Assembly (NCBI GenBank): GCA_964623265.1
Contig: CAZUTK010000009.1
Location: forward strand, 1 to 60,704
DNA: 60,704 nt
From: an uncultured bacterium
GTDB lineage: Bacteria > Electryoneota > B3-LCP
Direction of reading: 5' to 3'
How positions within the stretch are numbered: position 1 is the stretch's first letter; each line of letters begins with the position of its first letter. The position numbers and the translations under genes are program-made. This document shows, piece after piece, positions 47,862 to 57,682 of the stretch. The notes beneath the pieces are model-generated. The model made no database searches. It was not told the origin of the DNA and saw only the letters and a list, made by a program, of their open reading frames with translations.

Positions 47862-48205
47862 ATAGGAATCAGACGCTTCGACTTGCGGTATTTGTGTCAC
47901 TGGCTGCGTTATGGGTCACTTTGATGGCACTGCAGCCTGCCGTCGCTTCGAATATCAGGATGGAATCGGGTTCTGCGGCAATTCAGAACCAGCCCCAATT
48001 CCAGCATATGCCGGCGACTTGGTTTTTCTGGGGAGGATATTCCGGCGTATGGCTGCCGGATCCGCTCTTCTGGTTCCTCACAGGCAACAGCGGCTGGAAG
48101 CCGAATTCGCACGACCTCTTCAACGTTGATCCTGATCCGAGGGATACCATTCGAAATTGCGGAGGGGATGACGGCTTCGCCCCTTCATTGATCAAGAAGC
48201 CGTAA
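47858..48205 (+). CDS. Small secreted Trp/Gly/Pro-rich hypothetical protein
   Basis: ATGA overlap, RBS GAGGGG, Sec signal ending AVA. Confidence 0.6.
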   Translation: MNRNQTLRLAVFVSLAALWVTLMALQPAVASNIRMESGSAAIQNQPQFQHMPATWFFWGGYSGVWLPDPLFWFLTGNSGWKPNSHDLFNVDPDPRDTIRNCGGDDGFAPSLIKKP

Positions 48206-48262
48206 GGATTGGTCTGCACAACCGTTCGGAAGGGTCACCTCCTACCCTTGAAGAACAAGTGC

Positions 48263-48304
48263 AAAAAGAGGCTGTCTCAAAACGCCTAAGACAGCCTCTT
48301 TTTT
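48263..48304. terminator. Bidirectional terminator
   Basis: aaaaagaggctgtct/agacagcctctttttt between convergent genes. Confidence 0.8.
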
Positions 48305-48310
48305 CATGTC

Positions 48311-49303
48311 TTATTTTATCAGGACAATTCTCTGCGAACTCTGCAGATGATCCGTCTGCAATCGTGTCAGATATACGCCTGCCGGCAGCCCTTCGGCAGA
48401 AAACGGCAGACTATGCAAACCCGCCGGAAGCGTAACTCCGTTCAGCAATTCCGCGACCTGACGACCCTGCGCATCAAAAACCGCCAGATGCGCCGCGCCC
48501 GGACGATCCAGAGCAAAAGCAATCATGGTGGAAGGGTTGAAGGGGTTGGGATAAGCGCTGATCAGGGAGGAAGAGACCGGCAGCCGCGGCGTCGTAGTCA
48601 CTACACCGGTGGTGTCTTCACCGGTGACGACGATGTCATCCACCCGGGTGTAGTCATTGGGATTGGTGAAGTTGAAGATGTAAACGCCGAAAGCGCCGTT
48701 GGAAATGGCGGAGTCCGTGTATGGACAGCCCGGGAGTTCCTGATCGTCCCAATAGAGCCAGAACTGATTGCCTTCTCCGCGGATCGCCATCTTATGCCAG
48801 CCGGTGCTGGAAGGGATACCTCCGGGGATTTCCCCCGCGGACCAATCCCGAATGACTTCCGGCAGGCTGGATGCGATCTTTTTCCGGAATCTCAGACGCT
48901 GGTTGGAGTCGAAATCCGTGTCGAATTGATAATAGGAGTTATAGGCTGTGTCTATTTCCGTGTTGTACCGGAATATCAAGGAGTTATAGGGTCCCGACCC
49001 CGGAGTTACCGTGGCGTACACGTATGCCGTGAGAGTATAATCCGTGAGATTTTGGTCTCCAGCATAGGTTAATCCGACGCTTCCTCCGGAAAGATTATTC
49101 CCGATCTTTCCAATGAAACCGTCTCCGGAGGGATTGCCCGCCATGAAATCCACTTCCATATTGTTGGTGGTGTCTCCGTAGCCGGCGTGCCATTGCAGCG
49201 CCATCCCGCCATTGGTGAAGTGCTCTTCATAGAGCACGATCTGACTCCACGCCGCCGTTGCGGCGAAAAGCAGAGCGATCACGGAAACGATCAGCACGCG
49301 CAT
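48311..49303 (-). CDS. Secreted ConA/LamG-like (DUF1080-like) domain protein with T9SS C-terminal domain
   Basis: Signal peptide. WHKMAIR..GNQF.LY.D, GAFGVY. AYPNPFNP...LPAGVY...IVLIK. Confidence 0.8.
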   Translation of the reverse strand: MRVLIVSVIALLFAATAAWSQIVLYEEHFTNGGMALQWHAGYGDTTNNMEVDFMAGNPSGDGFIGKIGNNLSGGSVGLTYAGDQNLTDYTLTAYVYATVTPGSGPYNSLIFRYNTEIDTAYNSYYQFDTDFDSNQRLRFRKKIASSLPEVIRDWSAGEIPGGIPSSTGWHKMAIRGEGNQFWLYWDDQELPGCPYTDSAISNGAFGVYIFNFTNPNDYTRVDDIVVTGEDTTGVVTTTPRLPVSSSLISAYPNPFNPSTMIAFALDRPGAAHLAVFDAQGRQVAELLNGVTLPAGLHSLPFSAEGLPAGVYLTRLQTDHLQSSQRIVLIK

Positions 49304-49344
49304 AAAGCCTCCTTTCGGAATGACTGATAGGGTGATTTCAACAA

Positions 49345-49373
49345 ATGATACGAAAAAAAGCGGGTATTGTCAA
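49345..49373 (-). promoter_or_regulatory. sigma70-type promoter TTGACA-17-TATCAT
   Basis: Near-consensus hexamers upstream of RBS AAGGAGG. Confidence 0.75.
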
Positions 49374-49435
49374 CTTGAAATGCTGCCACTTTTTATTTAG
49401 ATAAAATAGTGATTTATTTCACATTAACAGACGAA

Positions 49436-52400
49436 TCAGGGTTGTTTCACATTCGGATTGGATAGGAAAAATTTCAACGGCACTCGTCCGAAGGTGATGG
49501 ATCTGCCCAGCCCCACCAATCTCGATATCAGGAACATATCCGGCTTCGAAAGCGGCGGCTGGGAAGGTGTGATCGAGGCATAGACGAAATCGTCGCTGAT
49601 CGCAAACGAGAAAACCTTCACGCCCCAGCCGCGACTGAGGTATCCGCGATATGCTTGAATGGAAGGATCCGTTTCTTCGGGATCGAGGAATTTCAGGAGG
49701 TTGTCCGCTACCCTGGGACCTATATGCGTAATATCCACGCCTCCTTCTAAATCAAAATACCCATCAGTCCGCACCCCTTGCCCGCGAAAGCGGGCGAAGG
49801 CGGTGATTTGCGCTTCTTCTCTGCGCTCGGAATTCCTGATCCCCGGCAGCAAAGAGGAATTCACCGACTCCAGAGCGAATTGCAGACGATATCGCACGGA
49901 ATCAAGCGAGAGCTCAGGGATGTCCACTCGACCCCCGCCGTAAATCGTCCCGCCGTAGGCTTCCAGGAAAAACTGAGGGAAGGCGAATCTGCCCTGCCGG
50001 AAGAATAGATTGCCGCGTAGATTCTGGATTTGATAACCACCGAAATCCGCGCTCGACAGCCGCACCCTGCCGCTCTCGTTCTTGGGTCCGAATTGGTGTT
50101 GCATCGAAGCGAATAGAACCGGGTCATCCAAAGCCAGCGGGGAGCTGTTCTCGAAGTGGATTTTCACGCCTTCCTGAGTGATTTTGAACGTCTGCTCGTA
50201 GGGAAGCTGGATCGTCAGGTTTTCCGCCTGAAATGCATCTGCCATGCCGACAGTGAAGTTCTCGCTGCGCAACAACCCATTTACATTTACCGTGGAATCC
50301 GGCGTGAAGTGCGCTTCCATGGAAGCATTGCATTTTCCTTCGAGCGATAGTTCAGGCAGCGGATGAATGGGTTCTTTCTCGGAAATCGTGAGTTGCGTTT
50401 CGAAGTCGAAAGCTATTCTATTTGGAGGAAATTCCGCGTTGACATATGCCTGCGCGTCCAGTCCCAGTTCGCGGGATTCCAGCCAGATCAAGGCATCGCG
50501 CAATTGATGCGATTCGGAGAACCTTCCGGATGCCCCCCCTTCCAGATTCCGCAGCGGTTCTTCCCGCACTTTGCGAAGAAACAGTCGTCCGATCTTCGTT
50601 TCTCCGGCGAAATTCAGATTCTTATTTTCCCCAGACGCGGTGAAGCTCAGGGATATCGAATCTGCGGTAATTCCGTCGTAGGGAAGCTCCACGGCGAGTT
50701 CCGATCCTCGTACGTTGAGATTCTGTTCCCATTGCAGACTGTCCGGCGTCATTCTGCCTCGGGCAAATCCGCTGATATGAATCGCACCGGCGGATCGAAT
50801 TGCCCTCCCCTGCACAGATGAAAGGGTCTGCAGCAGCGCCGTTAGCTCGCTTAGATCGAACCGGGCGTGGATATCTTGCATATCCCATCCCGGACGATGG
50901 TCGAAGGATCCGTGAAAGGATATTGCGCCGTACGGCAAGGCTTCGATGTCGGCGTTTTGCACGTTCAAGCCTGAAAGATCGTCCCGCAAGCTCCCATCTA
51001 ACGTTGCGTGGATTCGCAGCTCGGGAATTCGCAGGGTGTCGGCTTCCAGCGGAATGGAAAGATCCCGCGGAAATGCGGAAAGCTTCACGCTGAGATTGCG
51101 CAATGGATACAATCGAATATCCGCTTCTGCGTCGAGAGATCCCGAATAATCGCCCGCAGTCAGACTTTTCAGATCCAGTCGTTCCAGCCGTGCAGTGATA
51201 TTCGCGCTGAAACCCGGGGATGCCGCAGGATCATCGAGATTCAGACTATTTGCCTGGAGGACGATGGCGCCGTTTTGAGAGGCTTGTTCGGGTCCATTCG
51301 CCTTCCAGTGCAGGCGGAAAGAAGGCTTTATGAGTCCAGGAAGGATGCCGGCGCTGAACTCTCCGGAGATATTTTTCAGCTGGATTGGTTTTTCCCTGTC
51401 CGCATTCATCAGAATATGGTTGAATGCGAATTCCGCTTCGGCGGCAAGTCGCAAACTATCGAGCGGCAAGATGCGGGCTTTCAATACGGATCGAACCATC
51501 CCGTCGTGGACCTGGAAACCGACGGCTGGATTTCTATATTCGAGGCTGGAAATACTCCAGGGTATCACTATGCTGAGCGACGGTTCAGTGCCGCGCAGGG
51601 AACCGGTCACGGATGCTTCGCGGATCTGCAATTTGCCGGTTGCTTGCGGCGCGCTGCCGCCGTCTATTGCCGATTCTGGGAAAAGATTCTGAAAAAGCGA
51701 CTGGAATTTCCCGAAATCCAGTTCGGCGAATAAGATGTTTGCTGAAATCGCTCCCGTTTTAAGAATATCCGGTGCTTTCCCGCAGGTTTGCAGAGAAAGC
51801 CAGTCTTCGACGCGCAGCGTGAGGCTGTCCAGGACGATGTTGCGGTATCCGATCAACCGGGCGCGGGCGCGCGATTCGATCATCGAAATTTCGACGAACG
51901 ATGAGCGGTTTCCCGAGTGCAGCTTCAGAGCCGGCGACAATCCCCATTGGAAAACGGCTTCAGCGGAATCCGCCGCAATCACCGCTCGCAGGGAAAAGTC
52001 TGAAGGTGAGGTAAATGAAACCTGGAGATTCGGCGATTTTCCGCTGATGCGCAGGGAGTCGTCCTGGCGGATTGTGAGGTTTGCGAACAAATCCCCTTCT
52101 TTTCGGACAGCGATATCCTGCGATTCAATTTGTATATTACCCGTTGAGGCGCTGAAATCACCGGATGCGCTGCGCAGGGATAGATCCAAATGAAGGTCGC
52201 GAAGGGATAGACGTGCGATCTCGATCGAGATCGGGAGAGAAAATTCAGGGCGCAGTTCCAATGCCGCGGCAGTGCTATCCGACGGCACCGGTTCTGCGGA
52301 GGCGGTGTCCGGTATTTCTATGGATGCGAAGACGTGTGGATTGTCCAGTTGTAGCTGCGTGATGACGAGTTTCTTCTCCCAGATCGCAGGGATGCGGTAT

Positions 52401-52672
52401 CGAAGCGTGAGTTTATCCACCTGCAAACGCCAGTATCCTGCGGAATCCGCTGCGGTTACGCCCCGTAAATCCAACCCCTTCAGGAATCGAATGCGACCGC
52501 TTTCGATGCTCAGCTGCAACGATGTCGAAGAGGTGATTTTTCGTTCAATCAGCCGCAGGAGATATGCGTCGGGAAGAAATACAGGGCGGAAGAGGGTTAA
52601 AAGCAGAATCAGCAGGATTGCTCCGAGAAATGCGTAGAATAGCCCTCTTTTCAGGTGGGATCGCCTTGACAT
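49436..52672 (-). CDS. AsmA-like/YdbH-like intermembrane lipid-transport protein
   Basis: Single N-terminal TM, AsmA-type N-terminus (GLDLRGV...LDNP), about 1000 aa of beta-rich sequence, AYGGTIYG near the C-terminus. Confidence 0.65.
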   Translation of the reverse strand: MSRRSHLKRGLFYAFLGAILLILLLTLFRPVFLPDAYLLRLIERKITSSTSLQLSIESGRIRFLKGLDLRGVTAADSAGYWRLQVDKLTLRYRIPAIWEKKLVITQLQLDNPHVFASIEIPDTASAEPVPSDSTAAALELRPEFSLPISIEIARLSLRDLHLDLSLRSASGDFSASTGNIQIESQDIAVRKEGDLFANLTIRQDDSLRISGKSPNLQVSFTSPSDFSLRAVIAADSAEAVFQWGLSPALKLHSGNRSSFVEISMIESRARARLIGYRNIVLDSLTLRVEDWLSLQTCGKAPDILKTGAISANILFAELDFGKFQSLFQNLFPESAIDGGSAPQATGKLQIREASVTGSLRGTEPSLSIVIPWSISSLEYRNPAVGFQVHDGMVRSVLKARILPLDSLRLAAEAEFAFNHILMNADREKPIQLKNISGEFSAGILPGLIKPSFRLHWKANGPEQASQNGAIVLQANSLNLDDPAASPGFSANITARLERLDLKSLTAGDYSGSLDAEADIRLYPLRNLSVKLSAFPRDLSIPLEADTLRIPELRIHATLDGSLRDDLSGLNVQNADIEALPYGAISFHGSFDHRPGWDMQDIHARFDLSELTALLQTLSSVQGRAIRSAGAIHISGFARGRMTPDSLQWEQNLNVRGSELAVELPYDGITADSISLSFTASGENKNLNFAGETKIGRLFLRKVREEPLRNLEGGASGRFSESHQLRDALIWLESRELGLDAQAYVNAEFPPNRIAFDFETQLTISEKEPIHPLPELSLEGKCNASMEAHFTPDSTVNVNGLLRSENFTVGMADAFQAENLTIQLPYEQTFKITQEGVKIHFENSSPLALDDPVLFASMQHQFGPKNESGRVRLSSADFGGYQIQNLRGNLFFRQGRFAFPQFFLEAYGGTIYGGGRVDIPELSLDSVRYRLQFALESVNSSLLPGIRNSERREEAQITAFARFRGQGVRTDGYFDLEGGVDITHIGPRVADNLLKFLDPEETDPSIQAYRGYLSRGWGVKVFSFAISDDFVYASITPSQPPLSKPDMFLISRLVGLGRSITFGRVPLKFFLSNPNVKQP

Positions 52673-52696
52673 TGAATGCGACCGAATGGATGGACA

Positions 52697-54940
52697 CTAT
52701 TCCGCCGCCGCGGCGCTTCTGAAGTAGTCGGGCAGCGAGTCGTAATAAGCTTTCATCAGAGCGTTGAGATCCAGTCGAACCCATTCGCCGATGATCAAGC
52801 GGCTCTTGCCGACTCTGCCAATTTCACAAACCGGAATCCCCATAAATTCAGCCAGGTTGATGATTTCCGCCGCGTTTTTTGGAGAAGCGGAGAGGATGAT
52901 GCGCGCGGGGCTTTCCGCAAACAGCAGGTCGGCGATGCTCAGATCGCCCTTTTCCAGGTTGATTTCCGCGCCGATAGGGCGGTTGCGGTTCAGGATGCAG
53001 CATTCCGCCAGCGCCGCAGCCAAGCCGCCTTCCGAACAATCGTGAGCGGAACGCACCCAGCCGTTCCGGATCATTTCGCGCAAAACGAATTGCGTGCGCT
53101 TCTCCATTTCGAGGTCCAGTTCCGGTGCATCGCCGGCGATGACGCCGTACAGGTGTGCCAGGTATTCACTTCCCCCTAGATCCGGTCTGGTATTCCCTAA
53201 AAGGATGATTCGGTCGCCTTCCTCCTGAAAATAAGATCGAACCGCGCAGTCCACATCTTCGAGGACGCCCAACATGCCGATGACCGGCGTGGGAAGGATG
53301 GAAGTCGCCTCGCTTTCATTGTAAAAGGAGACGTTGCCGCCGGTGACCGGAGTGTTGAAAACCCGGCAGGCTTCACCCATTCCCGCCACGGCTTCTTTGA
53401 AAAAATAGAAGGATTCCGGCTTGTAAGGATTGCCGAAATTGAGGCAGTTGGTGATGGCGATGGGTTCGGCGCCGGTGCAGGAAACGTTGCGGGCGGCTTC
53501 CGCCACAGCCAGTGCCGCTCCGCGGCGGGGATTCAGATACACGAAGCGGGGATTGCAGTCTGTAGTCATCGCCAGAGCGATGGGGGTATCTTTGATCCAG
53601 AGCAGGGCGGCGTCGCCGCCCGGGCCGAATACGGTGTTGGTGCGCACGGTGGAATCATATTGACGGGTCACCCAGGCTTTGTCACAAATGTTGGGCGAGG
53701 AGAGCAGTTGCAGTAGCGCTACGTTCCAGTCGCGGTCCTGGCGGTAGGGATTCAGGTCGGCGGCATTGAATTCGTCCAGATATTCCGGGCGCTTTGCTTC
53801 CCGGTGATAGACCGGTGCACCGCCGCCTAAAACCAGATCCCAAGGGGGGATGTCGCAGACTTGCTCGCCTTTGAAAAAGACCCGCATCCTGCCGTCGTCC
53901 GTCACTCGACCGATGCGTTCGTGGAGCAGTTCCCAGCGGTCGAGGATCCGCTCGGCTTCGGCTTCTTTTCCCTTCTGCACAACTGCCAGCATTCTCTCCT
54001 GAGACTCGGAGAGCAAGATCTCGTACGCCGTCATTCCTTCTTCCCGAAGCGGCACTTTGTCCAGATCGAGCACGATTCCGGACTTTCCCTTCGCCGCCAT
54101 TTCGCTGGATGAGCAGGTGATGCCGGCGGCTCCCATATCTTGAACGCCCACCAGCACGCCCGCCTTTACCAATTCCAGAGTGGCTTCCAACAACAGTTTC
54201 TCCGCGAAGGGATCGCCCACCTGAACGGACGACCGCTTCGATTCGCTCGCATTGCTGATCTCTTCCGAGGCGAACGTAGCTCCGTGGATGCCGTCTCTGC
54301 CGGTGCGTGATCCGTAAATCATAACGGTGTTGCCGGCGCCTTTCGCCACCGCCGAGGCGATGCGGTCCTTGTGCACAACGCCCACCGCCATGCAGTTGAC
54401 GATGGGATTGGCGCTGTACCCGTCATGGAAGAAGACTTCGCCCGCCACGGTGGGAATGCCTAGGCAGTTGCCGTAATCCCCGATGCCGCGCACGACGCCG
54501 TCCATCAGGAAGCGGTTGCGCGCCGTTTCCAGCGGACCGAAGTGCAGCGAATCCAGCGAGGCGATGGGCCGGGCGCCCATCGTGAAAATGTCGCGCATAA
54601 TGCCGCCCACACCGGTGGCGGCTCCCTGATACGGTTCCACGGCGCAGGGGTGATTGTGCGATTCGATCTTGAACGCCACTGCCAAGCCATGCCCGATATC
54701 CACCAGACCGGCGTTCTCTTCGCCGGCTTCCGCCAGCATCCGCGGGCTGGACCGCGGCAGTTTCTTCAATTCCGCGATGGAATTCTTATAGCAGCAGTGC
54801 TCCGACCACATAACCGAAAACACTCCTAATTCCGCGTAGGTCGGCGTGCGTCCGAGGATCTCCAGAATGCGTTGGTATTCCTCTTCGGAAAGCCCATGCT
54901 GAAGGGCGAGGGCAAGGTTGACGGGGGGGGGAATTTTCAT
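52697..54940 (-). CDS. purL: Phosphoribosylformylglycinamidine synthase subunit PurL (small type)
   Basis: [62 protein letters not shown]. Confidence 0.97.
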   Translation of the reverse strand: MKIPPPVNLALALQHGLSEEEYQRILEILGRTPTYAELGVFSVMWSEHCCYKNSIAELKKLPRSSPRMLAEAGEENAGLVDIGHGLAVAFKIESHNHPCAVEPYQGAATGVGGIMRDIFTMGARPIASLDSLHFGPLETARNRFLMDGVVRGIGDYGNCLGIPTVAGEVFFHDGYSANPIVNCMAVGVVHKDRIASAVAKGAGNTVMIYGSRTGRDGIHGATFASEEISNASESKRSSVQVGDPFAEKLLLEATLELVKAGVLVGVQDMGAAGITCSSSEMAAKGKSGIVLDLDKVPLREEGMTAYEILLSESQERMLAVVQKGKEAEAERILDRWELLHERIGRVTDDGRMRVFFKGEQVCDIPPWDLVLGGGAPVYHREAKRPEYLDEFNAADLNPYRQDRDWNVALLQLLSSPNICDKAWVTRQYDSTVRTNTVFGPGGDAALLWIKDTPIALAMTTDCNPRFVYLNPRRGAALAVAEAARNVSCTGAEPIAITNCLNFGNPYKPESFYFFKEAVAGMGEACRVFNTPVTGGNVSFYNESEATSILPTPVIGMLGVLEDVDCAVRSYFQEEGDRIILLGNTRPDLGGSEYLAHLYGVIAGDAPELDLEMEKRTQFVLREMIRNGWVRSAHDCSEGGLAAALAECCILNRNRPIGAEINLEKGDLSIADLLFAESPARIILSASPKNAAEIINLAEFMGIPVCEIGRVGKSRLIIGEWVRLDLNALMKAYYDSLPDYFRSAAAAE

Positions 54941-54989
54941 TGGAAAACGGCTAATGCAACAGCAATTGATTCCTTTTAAATTCGAGTAA

Positions 54990-55018
54990 AATATATCCAA
55001 TTCACTGCCGAAATGCAA
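54990..55018 (-). promoter_or_regulatory. sigma70-type promoter TTGCAT-17-TATATT for purL
   Basis: Hexamers with a 17-bp spacer. Confidence 0.7.
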
Positions 55019-55054
55019 GCCTTAGGCGCTGAATCTGCTTCAGCTAAAAACTCT

Positions 55055-56764
55055 TCAGGCCTTCAAATCCCCGTTCAGCGCTTTCAGACCGATCTTCAAG
55101 GGAATGATCGTCAGCAAGATCCCCAAAGCGATGATCATGATGGTTGCCGAGATCCACTCGGTCAGAGGGAAAATCACGGCGAAGCGCGTGAATTTATAGT
55201 GCAGATAGGTGGGCCAGGCGAAAATAGAGGTGATGAGCACGACGAAGACCAGACTGAGGAAAATGCAGAGAACGCCGCCGGGAGTATTGGCGATCTTCAT
55301 GGGATTGCGCTGGGAAAAGTCCGCGTACAAAGCTCCCAACCCCAGCGACAAAGCCGTCATCGAAAAGCAGACGACGAAAACCGCCAGAAGCGATAGCTGG
55401 ATCAGCGCGGAATGCATATGAAGCGCCAGTCCGCCGATGCCCACCATCGTCCCCGCGAGAAAGAAGAGCGGCAGGAACGACTGCCAGAATTTGGACCAGA
55501 TGAGCGCATCCATCGCTACGGGAGCGGAACGCAAAATCCAGATCGCCTGCCCTTCCAGGCTGATGATCGGAAAAACAAAACGTCCCGCGACCGCCGCCGC
55601 AAAATAACAGGAGAAGCAGAAATTGCCGTAGTAGAGCAGCATCTTCCAGAATTGGGATTCCACATCGAAAAAGCGGTGAATGTTGAGGAAATTCCCGAGA
55701 TAGAGAGCCCAAAACGCCAGCAGGAAAAAGCTCTGACCCCATTGCAGCGGATAGCGTTTGAACTCGAGAAAATCCTTTCTGAACAGACTCAGATAAAGCG
55801 GCGAGATGCCGGGAATCTTCCGCCAGAAAGACGGGTAGAAGAAGGTTCGGCGCCGTTTCCTTTCGGGGGATCGGTCGCCTCCCGCCAGCCAGCTCTGATA
55901 ATACAGGACGCGGCCCATATCCAGCACCAGCAGGACAATCAAAGCGCACAGCCCCAAAAGCGTCAAGATGATCCGTTCCAGATCGGCGTAACGCTCTTCG
56001 AGGATTGTGAAAAAACCTCTCGCAATCAATTTGTGAGGTATCAGGGTGACATTCTGATCCTTGCTCGCTTCGAGAAGCGTGAATAGATAATCAAGCCCTC
56101 TTTTCCCGACACCCCGGCGATTCACGACGATTAGAATGAAAACGAGGATCACCACGCCCGCCGCGAGAAGCCCCCAATACAGCAGTTTCCGGCGCGAGAC
56201 TCCTCCGAACAACCAGCGCAGCAGAACCGCCGCCCCTACTCCGATGGAACCGGAAATCAGCACTAAAGGCAGCAAAAGCCCCGCGAACAGGCTGAAAAGA
56301 GTAATCCAATGAACCTGGAAGAACACGGCGTACGAGAGGATGAACGGAACCGTCAATACGACTAAAGCCCAGGAGCTGTACAGGATGACTTCGAAGTATT
56401 TCGCCGTGAACAGAACCCCCTCCGAGATCGGAAGCGAGAAAAGCAGGCTTAACTCGTCATCGCGGTAGAGCATGGAAAGAGCGGTCAAGGCGGTGGAGAT
56501 CATCAGCAAGATGAAATAGAAAAGAAAGGCGAGTTCGAAGAATCGAGCCATGACCAATTTCCCCAGATCGGGGATGTTCATCAGGTAGGAGAAGATGAAA
56601 AAGTCAAAGCGGTAGATCAGCGCCGCGATAGCCGCCGCCAGAAAAAGTGAGACCATCATGCGGGCGATCTGGCCGGATTTCAAGCCTTTCAGAGCCCCCA
56701 GCCAATCCGCCAGCCGCAGGTTCAGCAAAAGACGCAAAGCATTTAAGTCTTGCTTCACGTTCAT
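55055..56764 (-). CDS. Putative ABC-2-type exporter permease
   Basis: About 12-14 TMs. LLFSLP, FPIISLEG..W.LRSAP. Coupled to the ATPase gene. Confidence 0.8.
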   Translation of the reverse strand: MNVKQDLNALRLLLNLRLADWLGALKGLKSGQIARMMVSLFLAAAIAALIYRFDFFIFSYLMNIPDLGKLVMARFFELAFLFYFILLMISTALTALSMLYRDDELSLLFSLPISEGVLFTAKYFEVILYSSWALVVLTVPFILSYAVFFQVHWITLFSLFAGLLLPLVLISGSIGVGAAVLLRWLFGGVSRRKLLYWGLLAAGVVILVFILIVVNRRGVGKRGLDYLFTLLEASKDQNVTLIPHKLIARGFFTILEERYADLERIILTLLGLCALIVLLVLDMGRVLYYQSWLAGGDRSPERKRRRTFFYPSFWRKIPGISPLYLSLFRKDFLEFKRYPLQWGQSFFLLAFWALYLGNFLNIHRFFDVESQFWKMLLYYGNFCFSCYFAAAVAGRFVFPIISLEGQAIWILRSAPVAMDALIWSKFWQSFLPLFFLAGTMVGIGGLALHMHSALIQLSLLAVFVVCFSMTALSLGLGALYADFSQRNPMKIANTPGGVLCIFLSLVFVVLITSIFAWPTYLHYKFTRFAVIFPLTEWISATIMIIALGILLTIIPLKIGLKALNGDLKA

Positions 56765-57492
56765 GCAATGTCCGGTTGGGATTCGTTTGTGATGCGCAGG
56801 AAGGTCGCTTCCAGGTTGGCGTCCCCGCTCTGACGGATCTCTTCCAGTGTGCCCAATGCCAGCAGTTTGCCGCGATCGATGATTCCCAGTCGGTCGCAGA
56901 GTTCCTGCGCAATGGGAAGAACGTGTGTGGAGAAGAAGACGGTGGCGCCGTTGGAAGCGCGTTCGCGCAGGACGTCTTTGAAGATGCGCGCCGAACGGGG
57001 ATCCAAGCCCACCAGCGGTTCGTCCAAAATGATCAGAGCCGGATCGTGAGCGAGCGCCGCCATGACGGCGATCTTCTGACGAGCGCCGTGCGAATAACTC
57101 TCGATGCGTTCGTCCAGAAGCGAATGCATGCCGAATAGGTTCGTCAGCTCTTCCAATTTTCCGTTCAGCGCCATGAGGGGAACGTTGTAAAGTTTGGCGT
57201 GGAACTCGATGAATTCACGGCCCGACAGACGCTCATAGAGGTAAGGTTGGTCTGGCACATAGCCCATCATCCATTTGGCGCGGCGCGGATTTAAGGCGAT
57301 GTCTATCCCGTCAATCAGCACGCGCCCGTAGGTGGGTTTCAGCAGTCCGGTGATCAGCCGGATCGTGGTGCTTTTTCCCGCTCCGTTCGGGCCCAAAAAT
57401 CCAAAGATTTCGCCCTTGCGGACGTGCAGATTCAAATTATCCACCGCCCGCACTCGAGCGAAATCCTTGATTAAGTTTTCCAATCTGATCAT
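56761..57492 (-). CDS. ABC transporter ATP-binding protein
   Basis: GPNGAGKST, YSHG, LDEP, STH. Confidence 0.93.
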   Translation of the reverse strand: MIRLENLIKDFARVRAVDNLNLHVRKGEIFGFLGPNGAGKSTTIRLITGLLKPTYGRVLIDGIDIALNPRRAKWMMGYVPDQPYLYERLSGREFIEFHAKLYNVPLMALNGKLEELTNLFGMHSLLDERIESYSHGARQKIAVMAALAHDPALIILDEPLVGLDPRSARIFKDVLRERASNGATVFFSTHVLPIAQELCDRLGIIDRGKLLALGTLEEIRQSGDANLEATFLRITNESQPDIA

Positions 57493-57517
57493 AAGCTGCG
57501 AACCGCCGATTTTCCAA

Positions 57518-57546
57518 AATATACCGCCCCGATGACGAAAAGACAA
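57518..57546 (-). promoter_or_regulatory. sigma70-type promoter TTGTCT-17-TATATT
   Basis: Hexamers with a 17-bp spacer upstream of the ABC operon. Confidence 0.65.
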
Positions 57547-57682
57547 GTAAAATGTGCGGTGTTTTGATCGCGGGCGGGCATAGCGGCGGCGGTTCGAGTA
57601 GCGCGCCCTCATTCATCCGGTTATGACCGCAGCGGAATATTCAGCAGGTTCGAGGCAGCATCCTACCACAACTATGCGCTGG

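Noticed and set aside
57560-57680. tRNA-like or REP-like sequence (GGTTCGAG occurs twice)
   Set aside because: I could not build a cloverleaf or a clean palindrome.
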